Source: a virus
Lineage: Duplodnaviria; Heunggongvirae; Uroviricota; Caudoviricetes
Length of the DNA stretch: 18,910 nucleotides
IMG/VR virus record: IMGVR_UViG_3300031227_011131
Strand: one strand, 5' to 3'
Shown here: in pieces, positions 7,437-13,589 of the stretch
How positions within the stretch are numbered: position 1 is the stretch's first letter
Layout: the number at the start of each line of letters is the position of its first letter
Program-made: the position numbers and the translations under genes
The notes under the pieces: model-generated
Told to the model about the DNA's origin: nothing
Databases searched by the model: none
What the model saw: the letters and a program-made list of their open reading frames with translations, nothing else

Positions 7437-8594
7437 ATGGATAGGTTGTTGACATTGCGGTTGGCGAAGCGAGCTTATTTCAGGTTAAATTCACTTTTTT
7501 CAAGATTGGTTTACAAAGCGGCATTTGAAACAGGCATTGCGAAGGACAACAGGACTGAAATAAGAGCCCTTTACAGTCCGTTCTATAGGGGAATCAAGTC
7601 GATAGTACTTGGCAAGGATGTAGAAGGTTCTCCTTTTGAGTTACCCAAAGATGATGACTTGACGCAAGATCAATTGGATATCCTTTTGGCTTTACGGCAT
7701 TATCTCATTGCCCGTCTTGAAGATGATGTCGATTCGTGGAAAAAAGCTATTACTATTGTTGAGGGCATAAAGGATTGTGCCTCTACAATTTCTGGTTGTA
7801 CTGGTCAGCCTTACGTTAAAAAGATTAGAGAACTGTGTTCTTTTGTTGATACAGCTTTTCCTTCGGTGGATCAATTGATATCAGACAATAAAATTGTGGA
7901 TGGTTGGCCCCCTATTGGTACTCGTCTTTACGCACAATACGATAGCGAGTATTATGCGGCTGAGATAGTTCTGTGTATGAAAGGCCGCAAATTGATTCAT
8001 TCGATGATGCTCATATTGACTGGTCCTTCAACTGGCATTTGTTGTAGTTCTCCAACTGTTGCTTTGGAGTTTGCTACTATATTCATTAGGAAGAAAGGTC
8101 AAAAGATTCGCAGTGGTTGGGACAATTGGATGTATAATCTCAGTGAGATTGGGGATGGTTCTATTTCATCTGAGGTAGCGCGGTTGTGTGATGATGGTGA
8201 GATAAGGGACGAGAAAGAGTTTACTACTGTTGTTAGTGGTAAAATCAAGGCACGCAATTTACCGTCTACTCCTGTGGCGAACGAAGTGATAAGTCGCAAT
8301 GAGGCGAAAAGTGGTTTTGATTTGGCTGAAGTTAGTGGAGGGTCAATGGCAACACTAAGAGCCACCTGTCGGGGTGATAAAGATGATGGGGCGCCTGCAA
8401 CATCTTCCGAAGAAATGAATGCAGTAGTTAAGCTTCTCAAACTTGACACTGAGAGAACAGTACTTGACACTGAGGTTTCCGAGCGTGAAAAGCGTTTGGG
8501 TGAGATAGCAAAAGAGATTAGTGAGATATTGAAGGACACGGCAATCAATCAATTAAGAGACATTATTGCAAGAAGCGAGGGCGTTTCATCGTAA
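7437..8594 (+). CDS. Hypothetical protein with central RAMA-like domain
   Basis: GTRLYAQYDSEYYAAEI...SSPTVA...SGWDNW fits the RAMA pattern (L..Y....A.I..SPS.A..GW..W); coiled-coil C-terminus. Confidence 0.6.
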   Translation: MDRLLTLRLAKRAYFRLNSLFSRLVYKAAFETGIAKDNRTEIRALYSPFYRGIKSIVLGKDVEGSPFELPKDDDLTQDQLDILLALRHYLIARLEDDVDSWKKAITIVEGIKDCASTISGCTGQPYVKKIRELCSFVDTAFPSVDQLISDNKIVDGWPPIGTRLYAQYDSEYYAAEIVLCMKGRKLIHSMMLILTGPSTGICCSSPTVALEFATIFIRKKGQKIRSGWDNWMYNLSEIGDGSISSEVARLCDDGEIRDEKEFTTVVSGKIKARNLPSTPVANEVISRNEAKSGFDLAEVSGGSMATLRATCRGDKDDGAPATSSEEMNAVVKLLKLDTERTVLDTEVSEREKRLGEIAKEISEILKDTAINQLRDIIARSEGVSS

Positions 8595-8640
8595 AAAATC
8601 GCGTTTGAAGTCAAGAAGATGGAAGTCTTTTAGGCTCAAC

Positions 8641-8733
8641 AAGTCAAAATGGTTGTAAGCTCGCCAAGGAAACTTGGCGGGTTTTTTTTTGGAAAAATGA
8701 TGAATATTTTTTAGATTGGTGATAGTAATAGTG
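8641..8733 (+). repeat. Terminator-plus-promoter intergenic module, copy 1
   Basis: aagtcaaaatggttg..ctcgccaag-GAAA-cttggcggg-T9-ggaaaaatgatgaat..ggtgatagtaatagtg; homologous to 10082-10178. Confidence 0.8.
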
Positions 8734-8762
8734 TTGACATTTTTGTCGTGATGCTATACTAT
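8734..8762 (+). promoter_or_regulatory. Sigma70-type promoter
   Basis: TTGACA (8734) with TGC-TATACT (8755) or TACTAT at 17-nt spacing. Confidence 0.65.
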
Positions 8763-8787
8763 ATGAGTTTTAACATGAGGAAGGTCG

Positions 8788-9144
8788 ATGTTTGGTTTGT
8801 TGACGGACATTTTCAACATTGTTAGATTTCTTGCGGTGTTGTTCGCAGTTGGTTGGGTGTTTATTTTTAGGATTTGGAAAGCGATGAAGTTGTTGTATTG
8901 TCAAAAATGTCAGGATGTGATTCGGTTGATAGAGGCGCGTCGGTATTGTCGTTGCGGTAGCATTTCTGGCAAATACATTGACAGTTTACAGGCGGAGTAT
9001 AGTGGGGCGTGTGCGATTCCTATTGGTTTTTCGAACAGTGATTTTTTACGTGCGATGCGGAATCAACCTGATAGTGGTTTAGGAGAGCATTTTGAGGCTT
9101 TTGTGATTCCGAGGAATTGTGAGACTTTTGTGATGAGAGATTAG
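8788..9144 (+). CDS. Zn-binding hypothetical protein (CxxC..CxCG), possibly with N-terminal TM segment
   Basis: MKLLYCQKCQD...YCRCG from ATG 8884; in-frame hydrophobic 32-aa leader from ATG 8788. Confidence 0.7.
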   Translation: MFGLLTDIFNIVRFLAVLFAVGWVFIFRIWKAMKLLYCQKCQDVIRLIEARRYCRCGSISGKYIDSLQAEYSGACAIPIGFSNSDFLRAMRNQPDSGLGEHFEAFVIPRNCETFVMRD

Positions 9145-9145
9145 G

Positions 9146-9223
9146 ATGATAGAAATTGTGTTGTGTGTTGTGACTTTTTGTGTTGTTGGGTATGTTTTGA
9201 ATTTGATGAACAGGTGGGATTAG
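9146..9223 (+). CDS. 25-aa hydrophobic microprotein
   Basis: MIEIVLCVVTFCVVGYVLNLMNRWD, starts 2 nt after the previous stop; not in the ORF track. Confidence 0.45.
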   Translation: MIEIVLCVVTFCVVGYVLNLMNRWD

Positions 9224-9297
9224 GATTTAGTGTTGTAATTTTTTGGAAAACTTGTTGCAAATTTGATTTTTGTGTGTAATATATTTGTAGTCATTAT

Positions 9298-9373
9298 CGC
9301 GGCGTAGAGCAGTGGACAGCTCGCCAGTCTCATAAACTGGAAGTCGCAGGTTCGAATCCCGTCGGTTACCCCA
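9298..9373 (+). tRNA. Chimeric tRNA: fMet(CAT) 5' part plus foreign (His-like) 3' end
   Basis: CGCGGCG..CCAGT-CT CAT AA-ACTGG..GCAGG TTCGAAT, then CCCGT CGGTTAC C CCA, which does not pair with the acceptor 5' strand. Confidence 0.8.
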
Positions 9374-9437
9374 TTTTGGCGGCTATGTATAATGTCGCGG
9401 GGATGGCATTGCATCGATCATCGTAGGAGGCGCAAGA

Positions 9438-9719
9438 ATGGCCAAGAATAGCATACGGCAGCGTATACCGAACTTCGTGGGTGGAGGGTCCCCGGAGACC
9501 GCGGAGTTTGGGACGATAGAAGAGCTGCTTTTGATACCGTGGGTGGCGCAGTGGATGCAAGTGATGGACGGCGTCCCATTTCTGCGGTTCTCGAAGTCGA
9601 AGGATATTCTAATGGTCGAGCACGGTCAAGAGAAGCAAGAGTCGTTCTGGGCCGTTGGTTATCTAAAGGACCCCGGCTCGGTGGATCTGCCCGAGTGGGT
9701 TAACCAACAGCGGATATGA
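9438..9719 (+). CDS. Hypothetical protein, GC-richer codons, flanked by 11-bp direct repeats
   Basis: SD aggagg; catcgatcatc at 9412-9422 and 9734-9744. Confidence 0.7.
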   Translation: MAKNSIRQRIPNFVGGGSPETAEFGTIEELLLIPWVAQWMQVMDGVPFLRFSKSKDILMVEHGQEKQESFWAVGYLKDPGSVDLPEWVNQQRI

Positions 9720-9751
9720 AACTTGCGGGGCTCCATCGATCATCCTACTTT

Positions 9752-9822
9752 GGCGCTGTCGTCTAATGGAAGGACGGCGGGTTCTCAGCCCGCAGGCCAG
9801 GGTTCGACTCCCTGTAGCGTCA
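9752..9822 (+). tRNA. tRNA-Glu(CTC)
   Basis: GGCGCTG/TAGCGTC acceptor, GCGGG-TT CTC AG-CCCGC, CAGGG TTCGACT CCCTG; CCA not encoded. Confidence 0.9.
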
Positions 9823-9830
9823 CGAGATTA

Positions 9831-9901
9831 GCGGGCGTCGTCTAATGGCAGGGCCTCAGCCTTCCAAGCTGATGACGAGGGTTCGAATCCTGTCGCCGCT
9901 A
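9831..9901 (+). tRNA. Chimeric tRNA: Gly(TCC) 5' part plus fMet 3' end
   Basis: TCAGC-CT TCC AA-GCTGA. The 3' strand CCTGT CGCCGCT A mispairs with its own 5' half but pairs with the 9298 fMet 5' half. Confidence 0.8.
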
Positions 9902-9930
9902 TCATGGTTTGAGTTATTGAGGAAAGAGAA

Positions 9931-10065
9931 ATGACTGATGACCTAATTGCGAAATGTAGAACATCAACACAGTGGTTGCCAGAACCGAAGGTGCAACCGT
10001 TGTGCCTGCATTTCGTGTTTGTATGCGATAATGCCGGATGCGGTGTGGAGGTTTGTAGCCCATGA
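9931..10065 (+). CDS. 44-aa Cys-containing microprotein
   Basis: SD gagg; MTDDLIAKCRTSTQWLPEPKVQPLCLHFVFVCDNAGCGVEVCSP; not in the ORF track. Confidence 0.5.
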   Translation: MTDDLIAKCRTSTQWLPEPKVQPLCLHFVFVCDNAGCGVEVCSP

Positions 10066-10081
10066 CTTAGGCTCAAAAAAT

Positions 10082-10178
10082 AAGTCAAAGTGGTTGCAAG
10101 CCTGTCAAGGAAACTTGACGGGTTTTTTTTGTTGGAAAATGATGAATTTTTTTGGATAGCTCGGTGATATAATAGTGC
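10082..10178 (+). repeat. Terminator-plus-promoter intergenic module, copy 2
   Basis: cctgtcaag-GAAA-cttgacggg-T8, then ggaaaatgatgaat..ggtgaTATAATagtg (TATAAT 10168-10173). Confidence 0.8.
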
Positions 10179-10198
10179 TGACAGTCATGTCTGAAGAA

Positions 10199-10221
10199 GC
10201 TCTTTGATAACTGAGTTTGGA
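10199..10221 (+). promoter_or_regulatory. boxA-like antitermination element in tRNA-operon leader
   Basis: gctctttgataactgagtttgga resembles rrn boxA (E. coli TGCTCTTTAACA); 20-nt identity to 4475-4494. Confidence 0.6.
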
Positions 10222-10269
10222 AAACGCCAAATGTCATCAATCGGCTGGGGAGTAATGTCCTCAGTTGTT

Positions 10270-10343
10270 CGGAGCGTGGGCTAGTTTGGTAAGCCACCAG
10301 TTTTGGGAACTGGTAATCGGAGGTTCAAATCCTCTCGCTCCGA
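10270..10343 (+). tRNA. tRNA-Pro(TGG), canonical
   Basis: CGGAGCG/CGCTCCG acceptor, CCAGT-TT TGG GA-ACTGG, GGAGG TTCAAAT CCTCT. Confidence 0.92.
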
Positions 10344-10356
10344 TTTTCTTAGGTAA

Positions 10357-10511
10357 TAAAGCGATGTGAAAAAGGGTACGACGCTGTTGTGTGTAGTCGT
10401 GAGCGAAAGCAGCGGCAAGGGAGATATTCTCGCCCAACACACAACAGAATTAAGCGGAAGCCGCCTGCTAAGTAGGTTGTCGTCCTTGAAACCTTAGCAA
10501 GCATCGCTTTA
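10357..10511 (+). ncRNA. Unidentified structured RNA with possible pseudoknot
   Basis: 11-bp closing stem taaagcgatgt/gcatcgcttta; perfect 11-bp ctgttgtgtgt/acacacaacag; tgctaag (10466) complementary to cttagca (10493). Confidence 0.65.
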
Positions 10512-10514
10512 CAT

Positions 10515-10604
10515 CTGGGTGTAGCTCAGCTTGGCCAGAGCACTCGGCTTGGAACCGAGAGGCCGGAAAGGTATACGCTGGTTCAAATCCAGCCACTCAG
10601 ACCA
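10515..10604 (+). tRNA. tRNA-Pro(TGG) with 17-nt variable region, CCA encoded
   Basis: CTGGGTG/CACTCAG, CTCGG-CT TGG AA-CCGAG, AGGCCGGAAAGGTATAC, GCTGG TTCAAAT CCAGC, ACCA. Confidence 0.85.
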
Positions 10605-10606
10605 AC

Positions 10607-10798
10607 GGCGGCGGGTGCCTTACAGCATTCATCCAATAATGCATGCCGCTTGTGGATGAATGACGGGTTACTACCGCCAACTTCTTCTGTCTATAGGTGA
10701 CACCTTCCTATTCTGTGACGGTATGGCGACGAGCGGGTGGAACCCGTGGACGACCATATTGGAGAAAAAGTGGTGTGACTCCGGGGAGAGCGACCCGG
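10607..10798 (+). ncRNA. Structured spacer RNA(s) between tRNA-Pro genes
   Basis: Perfect 10-bp cattcatcca/tggatgaatg within ggcgg/ccgcc; further stems atagg/cctat, gtatgg/ccatat and ccggg/cccgg. Confidence 0.45.
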
Positions 10799-10801
10799 CG
10801 A

Positions 10802-10883
10802 CGGAATGTGGCGCAGTTTGGTAGCGCGCTCGGTTTGGGGCCGAGGGGCCGAGAGGTCGTGAGTTCAAGTCTCACCATTCCGA
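10802..10883 (+). tRNA. tRNA-Pro(TGG) with 13-nt variable arm
   Basis: CGGAATG/CATTCCG, CTCGG-TT TGG GG-CCGAG, GGCC-GAGA-GGTC arm, GTGAG TTCAAGT CTCAC. Confidence 0.85.
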
Positions 10884-10967
10884 TTATGGGTGTCAATGTC
10901 GTGCGAGCCAGTTAGAAGAAAGCATTACCCTGCGAGTAATCTAGCCCGTCAATCGAAACAGGATGCC

Positions 10968-10992
10968 TTGGGAGATACGGTGTATCTCCCAA
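10968..10992 (+). other. Perfect 11-bp hairpin before tRNA-Lys remnant
   Basis: ttgggagatac-ggt-gtatctcccaa. Confidence 0.6.
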
Positions 10993-10994
10993 AA

Positions 10995-11056
10995 CGGGGC
11001 GTAGCGCAATTGGTAGCGCACCTGACTTTTAATCAGGTTGTTGCCGGTTCAAGTCC
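10995..11056 (+). pseudogene. tRNA-Lys(TTT) truncated after the T-loop
   Basis: Intact D arm and CCTGA-CT TTT AA-TCAGG; GCCGG TTCAAGT CC, then non-pairing TTCTGGGAAAA. Confidence 0.8.
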
Positions 11057-11078
11057 TTCTGGGAAAAAGGAGTATGAC

Positions 11079-11342
11079 ATGGAATTAAAGCGTGTGGAAT
11101 GCAAAGAAGACATGCACATTGAAATGGGCTATTTAGTTTTGTGGAAGAAATTTGAGATGGGGCAGTCGTGTGTCAGAGAAGAAATGCTTGATGATACAAT
11201 TTGGGACATGGCATGTTGGGGGTGGCGTAATGGCGAGAAGCGTATCATAATTGAAGGTTACGAACATGACATTAGTTGCCGATTTGATGAAATTGGGGCA
11301 GTTTTTGAGTTGCCGGATAGGCATAGCGAAATTTCCTTATGA
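11079..11342 (+). CDS. Hypothetical protein
   Basis: SD aaggag, ATG 11079 (upstream part of the tracked ORF overlaps RNA genes). Confidence 0.65.
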   Translation: MELKRVECKEDMHIEMGYLVLWKKFEMGQSCVREEMLDDTIWDMACWGWRNGEKRIIIEGYEHDISCRFDEIGAVFELPDRHSEISL

Positions 11343-11410
11343 ATGAGAATCTATCTAACATAGATATATGATATGAAACTTAGTGCTTTTCAATAGAAAA
11401 TGTAACTATA

Positions 11411-11434
11411 GGGGACGTAACTCAATGGAAGAGT
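11411..11434 (+). pseudogene. tRNA 5' fragment (acceptor 5' strand plus D arm)
   Basis: GGGGACG TA ACTC AATGGAA GAGT, with no anticodon or T arm following. Confidence 0.5.
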
Positions 11435-11443
11435 GGTTTTTGA

Positions 11444-11473
11444 TTGACAATTGAGTTACTGTTATGGTAGTGT
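11444..11473 (+). promoter_or_regulatory. Promoter for the HTH/Zn-finger gene
   Basis: TTGACA-18 nt-TAGTGT with TGG extension. Confidence 0.45.
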
Positions 11474-11501
11474 GTTCATGTCTTATTCAAGGAGAAAAGA
11501 C

Positions 11502-11858
11502 ATGGACAAGGCTCTGTTAGAAGATGCGGCAAGGCGTCGTCTTTCTACGCATAGGATGGCCGACGAACTGGGATGTAGTCAGACGAATGTTATGTATTGG
11601 TTGAGAAAACATGGCCTGAAGACAGACACCTCGGTAAGACGTGGCATCAAGAGGAAGGGATTGAATGTTAGTTGTTATATTTGTGGCAAACCAACAAAAG
11701 AGGGCAGACGCCTTTGCCCTTGCTGTACGATAAAGGTAAGACGGTATAGGGTAAAGCTGGATGGTAAACCATTAGCAGTCGAGCGCCGGACAGTGCAAGA
11801 GCATAGAAAGGTGCACTCGTGTACGAGGACCTATTGCCGAGGGTTAGGCGAACGCTGA
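11502..11858 (+). pseudogene. HTH plus Zn-finger protein, likely N-terminal part of an HNH homing endonuclease lacking the nuclease domain
   Basis: SD aaggag. HTH (MADELGCSQTNVMYWLRKHGL), CYICG..CPCC, RRYRVKL, after which the sequence turns into stem-rich GC-richer DNA with no HNH motif. Confidence 0.55.
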
Positions 11859-11950
11859 GGCGTCTGGCTGGACAACCCCGTGCCCAGGTAGGTTGAATTC
11901 CTGAAGCACCTTTTCGTAAACTGGGCGATAGTTGCTCTGCGACATCTAAC
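11760..11950 (+). ncRNA. Probable structured RNA of unknown class
   Basis: agtgca/tgcact, ctcgt/acgag and gcccag/ctgggc stems, T-arm-like agg-ttgaatt-cct; lies immediately 5' of tRNA-Leu. Confidence 0.35.
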
Positions 11951-11975
11951 AGAAAGACACCGTAAGTTGTCAATT

Positions 11976-12049
11976 AGGAGCGTGACGGAACTGGCATACG
12001 TGGTCGGCTCAAACCCGGCATTTTGTGGGTTCGACTCCCTTCGCTCCTA
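11976..12049 (+). tRNA. tRNA-Leu(CAA), short variable loop
   Basis: AGGAGCG/CGCTCCT, GTCGG-CT CAA AC-CCGGC; one T.T mismatch in the T-stem. Confidence 0.85.
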
Positions 12050-12060
12050 TCATTGAAATC

Positions 12061-12185
12061 ATAGGGAGAGATGTGGGATGTGAATACCACAGGCAGCTTC
12101 GGAAACTATGGTTTTCGGGGTCCGTCGGGCAGCCCTTAGCGGGGAGTAAGTCGGGCTAAGCAGGTTTGAATCCTGCCCTCTCTAT
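12061..12185 (+). ncRNA. tRNA-like RNA with two extra arms in place of the anticodon/variable arms
   Basis: 8-bp atagggag/ctctctat, D-like tgtgg/ccaca, 11-bp hairpin with TATG loop, agccc/gggct arm, T-arm gcagg-TTTGAAT-cctgc. Confidence 0.6.
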
Positions 12186-12219
12186 GTTTTTCAGGTTTTT
12201 TCGTGAAAAATTAGCGATA

Positions 12220-12229
12220 GGTGATATAA
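12220..12229 (+). promoter_or_regulatory. GGTGATATAA promoter motif
   Basis: 19-nt identity (taggtgatataaaggtagt) with 18863-18881. Confidence 0.7.
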
Positions 12230-12273
12230 AGGTAGTTGAAAACATGGACACAGACACGAACAAGGGGAATGAA

Positions 12274-12426
12274 ATGACAATGGAAGAGATGGAACTAATA
12301 GATATTTACTGGAGAATAATGGCAGAGTATCGGAAGGAGTATTTTCTGGGCGAAGCAGATGTCGTCGATCAAATGGACGAGAAGTTGGACGAAATCTACG
12401 ATAGGCTCCAAAGTCTCGCTGTATAA
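12274..12426 (+). CDS. Small acidic hypothetical protein
   Basis: SD aagggga, ATG 12274. Confidence 0.6.
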   Translation: MTMEEMELIDIYWRIMAEYRKEYFLGEADVVDQMDEKLDEIYDRLQSLAV

Positions 12427-12460
12427 ACAATCCAAAAAAGAGGCTGAAAAGGAGTTGGGC

Positions 12461-12751
12461 ATGGAAATGACAGCAAAAAAGAGAATTGAAACTTTGGGCG
12501 ATTATCGTAATGTTGCCTCACTGTTGAAGGCAGCAATAGAGTCAAATGATGTTGAGGCTATTGAGAATCTTTCGGCCTGTGCTGAAGAGATGTATGATTC
12601 GCTTCGCTATCAAGCACCGTGGATCACTAAAAGGACGGATGAGCAGTTGGGCATGCAAGAGGTGTTCAAAGCCGCTCGCGTTATTTATTGCGAAGTTCGG
12701 GACTATTGGATAAAGACTCAAAATGAGGATCTAGTTCCATACGAGGGATAG
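12461..12751 (+). CDS. Hypothetical protein
   Basis: SD aaggag, ATG 12461; followed by a terminator. Confidence 0.7.
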   Translation: MEMTAKKRIETLGDYRNVASLLKAAIESNDVEAIENLSACAEEMYDSLRYQAPWITKRTDEQLGMQEVFKAARVIYCEVRDYWIKTQNEDLVPYEG

Positions 12752-12767
12752 TGGTTGGTAGGTGGCT

Positions 12768-12804
12768 CGCCTCACTGAGAACATCAGTGGGGCGTCTTTT
12801 TTTT
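12768..12804 (+). terminator. Intrinsic terminator
   Basis: cgcctcactga-gaaca-tcagtggggcg followed by a T-tract. Confidence 0.85.
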
Positions 12805-12952
12805 GGCTCGCCTAATCGGTATGGCACTCTTTGGATTTCATTTCCAGAATTTTTTATGCACAATTTGGCACAAAAGAAGAGCGTGATGAAGCTATAATGG
12901 AAACATGGTGACGTTTTGAAATTGAATCTTGATTGTGACAGGGGAAAGAGTC

Positions 12953-13589
12953 TTGAATGACAGAGAAAAGCAAGAATTGAGCTATTGGCAGCGTAAAGGC
13001 ATTTCATTGGGTCGTCATTATTTCGTTCAGAAGCATAAAGAACGTTTGGAGATATTTAGGAAACTTCACAGTTTTCCAAGCGGCTTGATTGCTATTGATA
13101 TAGGTTGTGGCCCTTTCGGCGGGATGTCCTTAGTTTACAAGGGAGAGCGAGAAAGCCCACGGCTTTAGGCGTGGGAGTAGTCACAAGGCGTCTAATTTTT
13201 ATCTTGTGGATTCATTGAACAATGCGTACAAGGAATTGATAGATCAGGTAAATGGCTTTGTCTATTTGGCGAATCATTCCGAGAGTTTGAATATAGCCGA
13301 TAGTAGTGTAGAAATTGCCTTTTGTTGCAATGTTCTCGACCATACGGAAAGCAGATCAAAAACGTTGAAAGAGACACATCGCGTATTGAAGTTAGGTGGT
13401 TTATTTTGTCTATCTGTGCATTGCAGGACAAAGGAGCAATTGAGTTCTTTGCACAAGCAGGCTTTCACGTATGCGGAATTGACGGCTGAACTTCTTGAGT
13501 CTGGTTTTAGCAATTTGGGTAGTAGGTCAGACAGGCGTACTGCTGACGGTCATATTGTTTTTGATGGTGTGTTTCAAAATGGAGTTTGA
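12953..13589 (+). pseudogene. Class I SAM-dependent methyltransferase interrupted by a 46-bp element
   Basis: Motif I IDIGCGP in the 5' piece; VDSL..Y, CCNVLDH and VLKLGG in the 3' piece. Deleting 13139-13184 fuses them in frame (LVY-KASNFYLVDSL). Confidence 0.85.
13139..13184 (+). mobile_element. Minimal IS200/IS605-derived (PATE-like) element
   Basis: Follows TTAC; imperfect hairpin cccacggc-ttta-ggcgtggg; ends agtagTCAC. Confidence 0.75.

Noticed and set aside
10697-11078. Tracked + strand ORFs 10697-10915 and the 5' part of 10890-11342; also 9947-10159 and 3953-4255
   Set aside because: They run through tRNA genes, terminators or RNA stems and lack SD sites.
11411-12049. tmRNA or an intron-split tRNA spanning 11411-12049
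   Set aside because: The GGGGACG 5' strand does not pair with the Leu 3' end, tRNA-Leu is complete on its own, and no group I/II core motifs were found.
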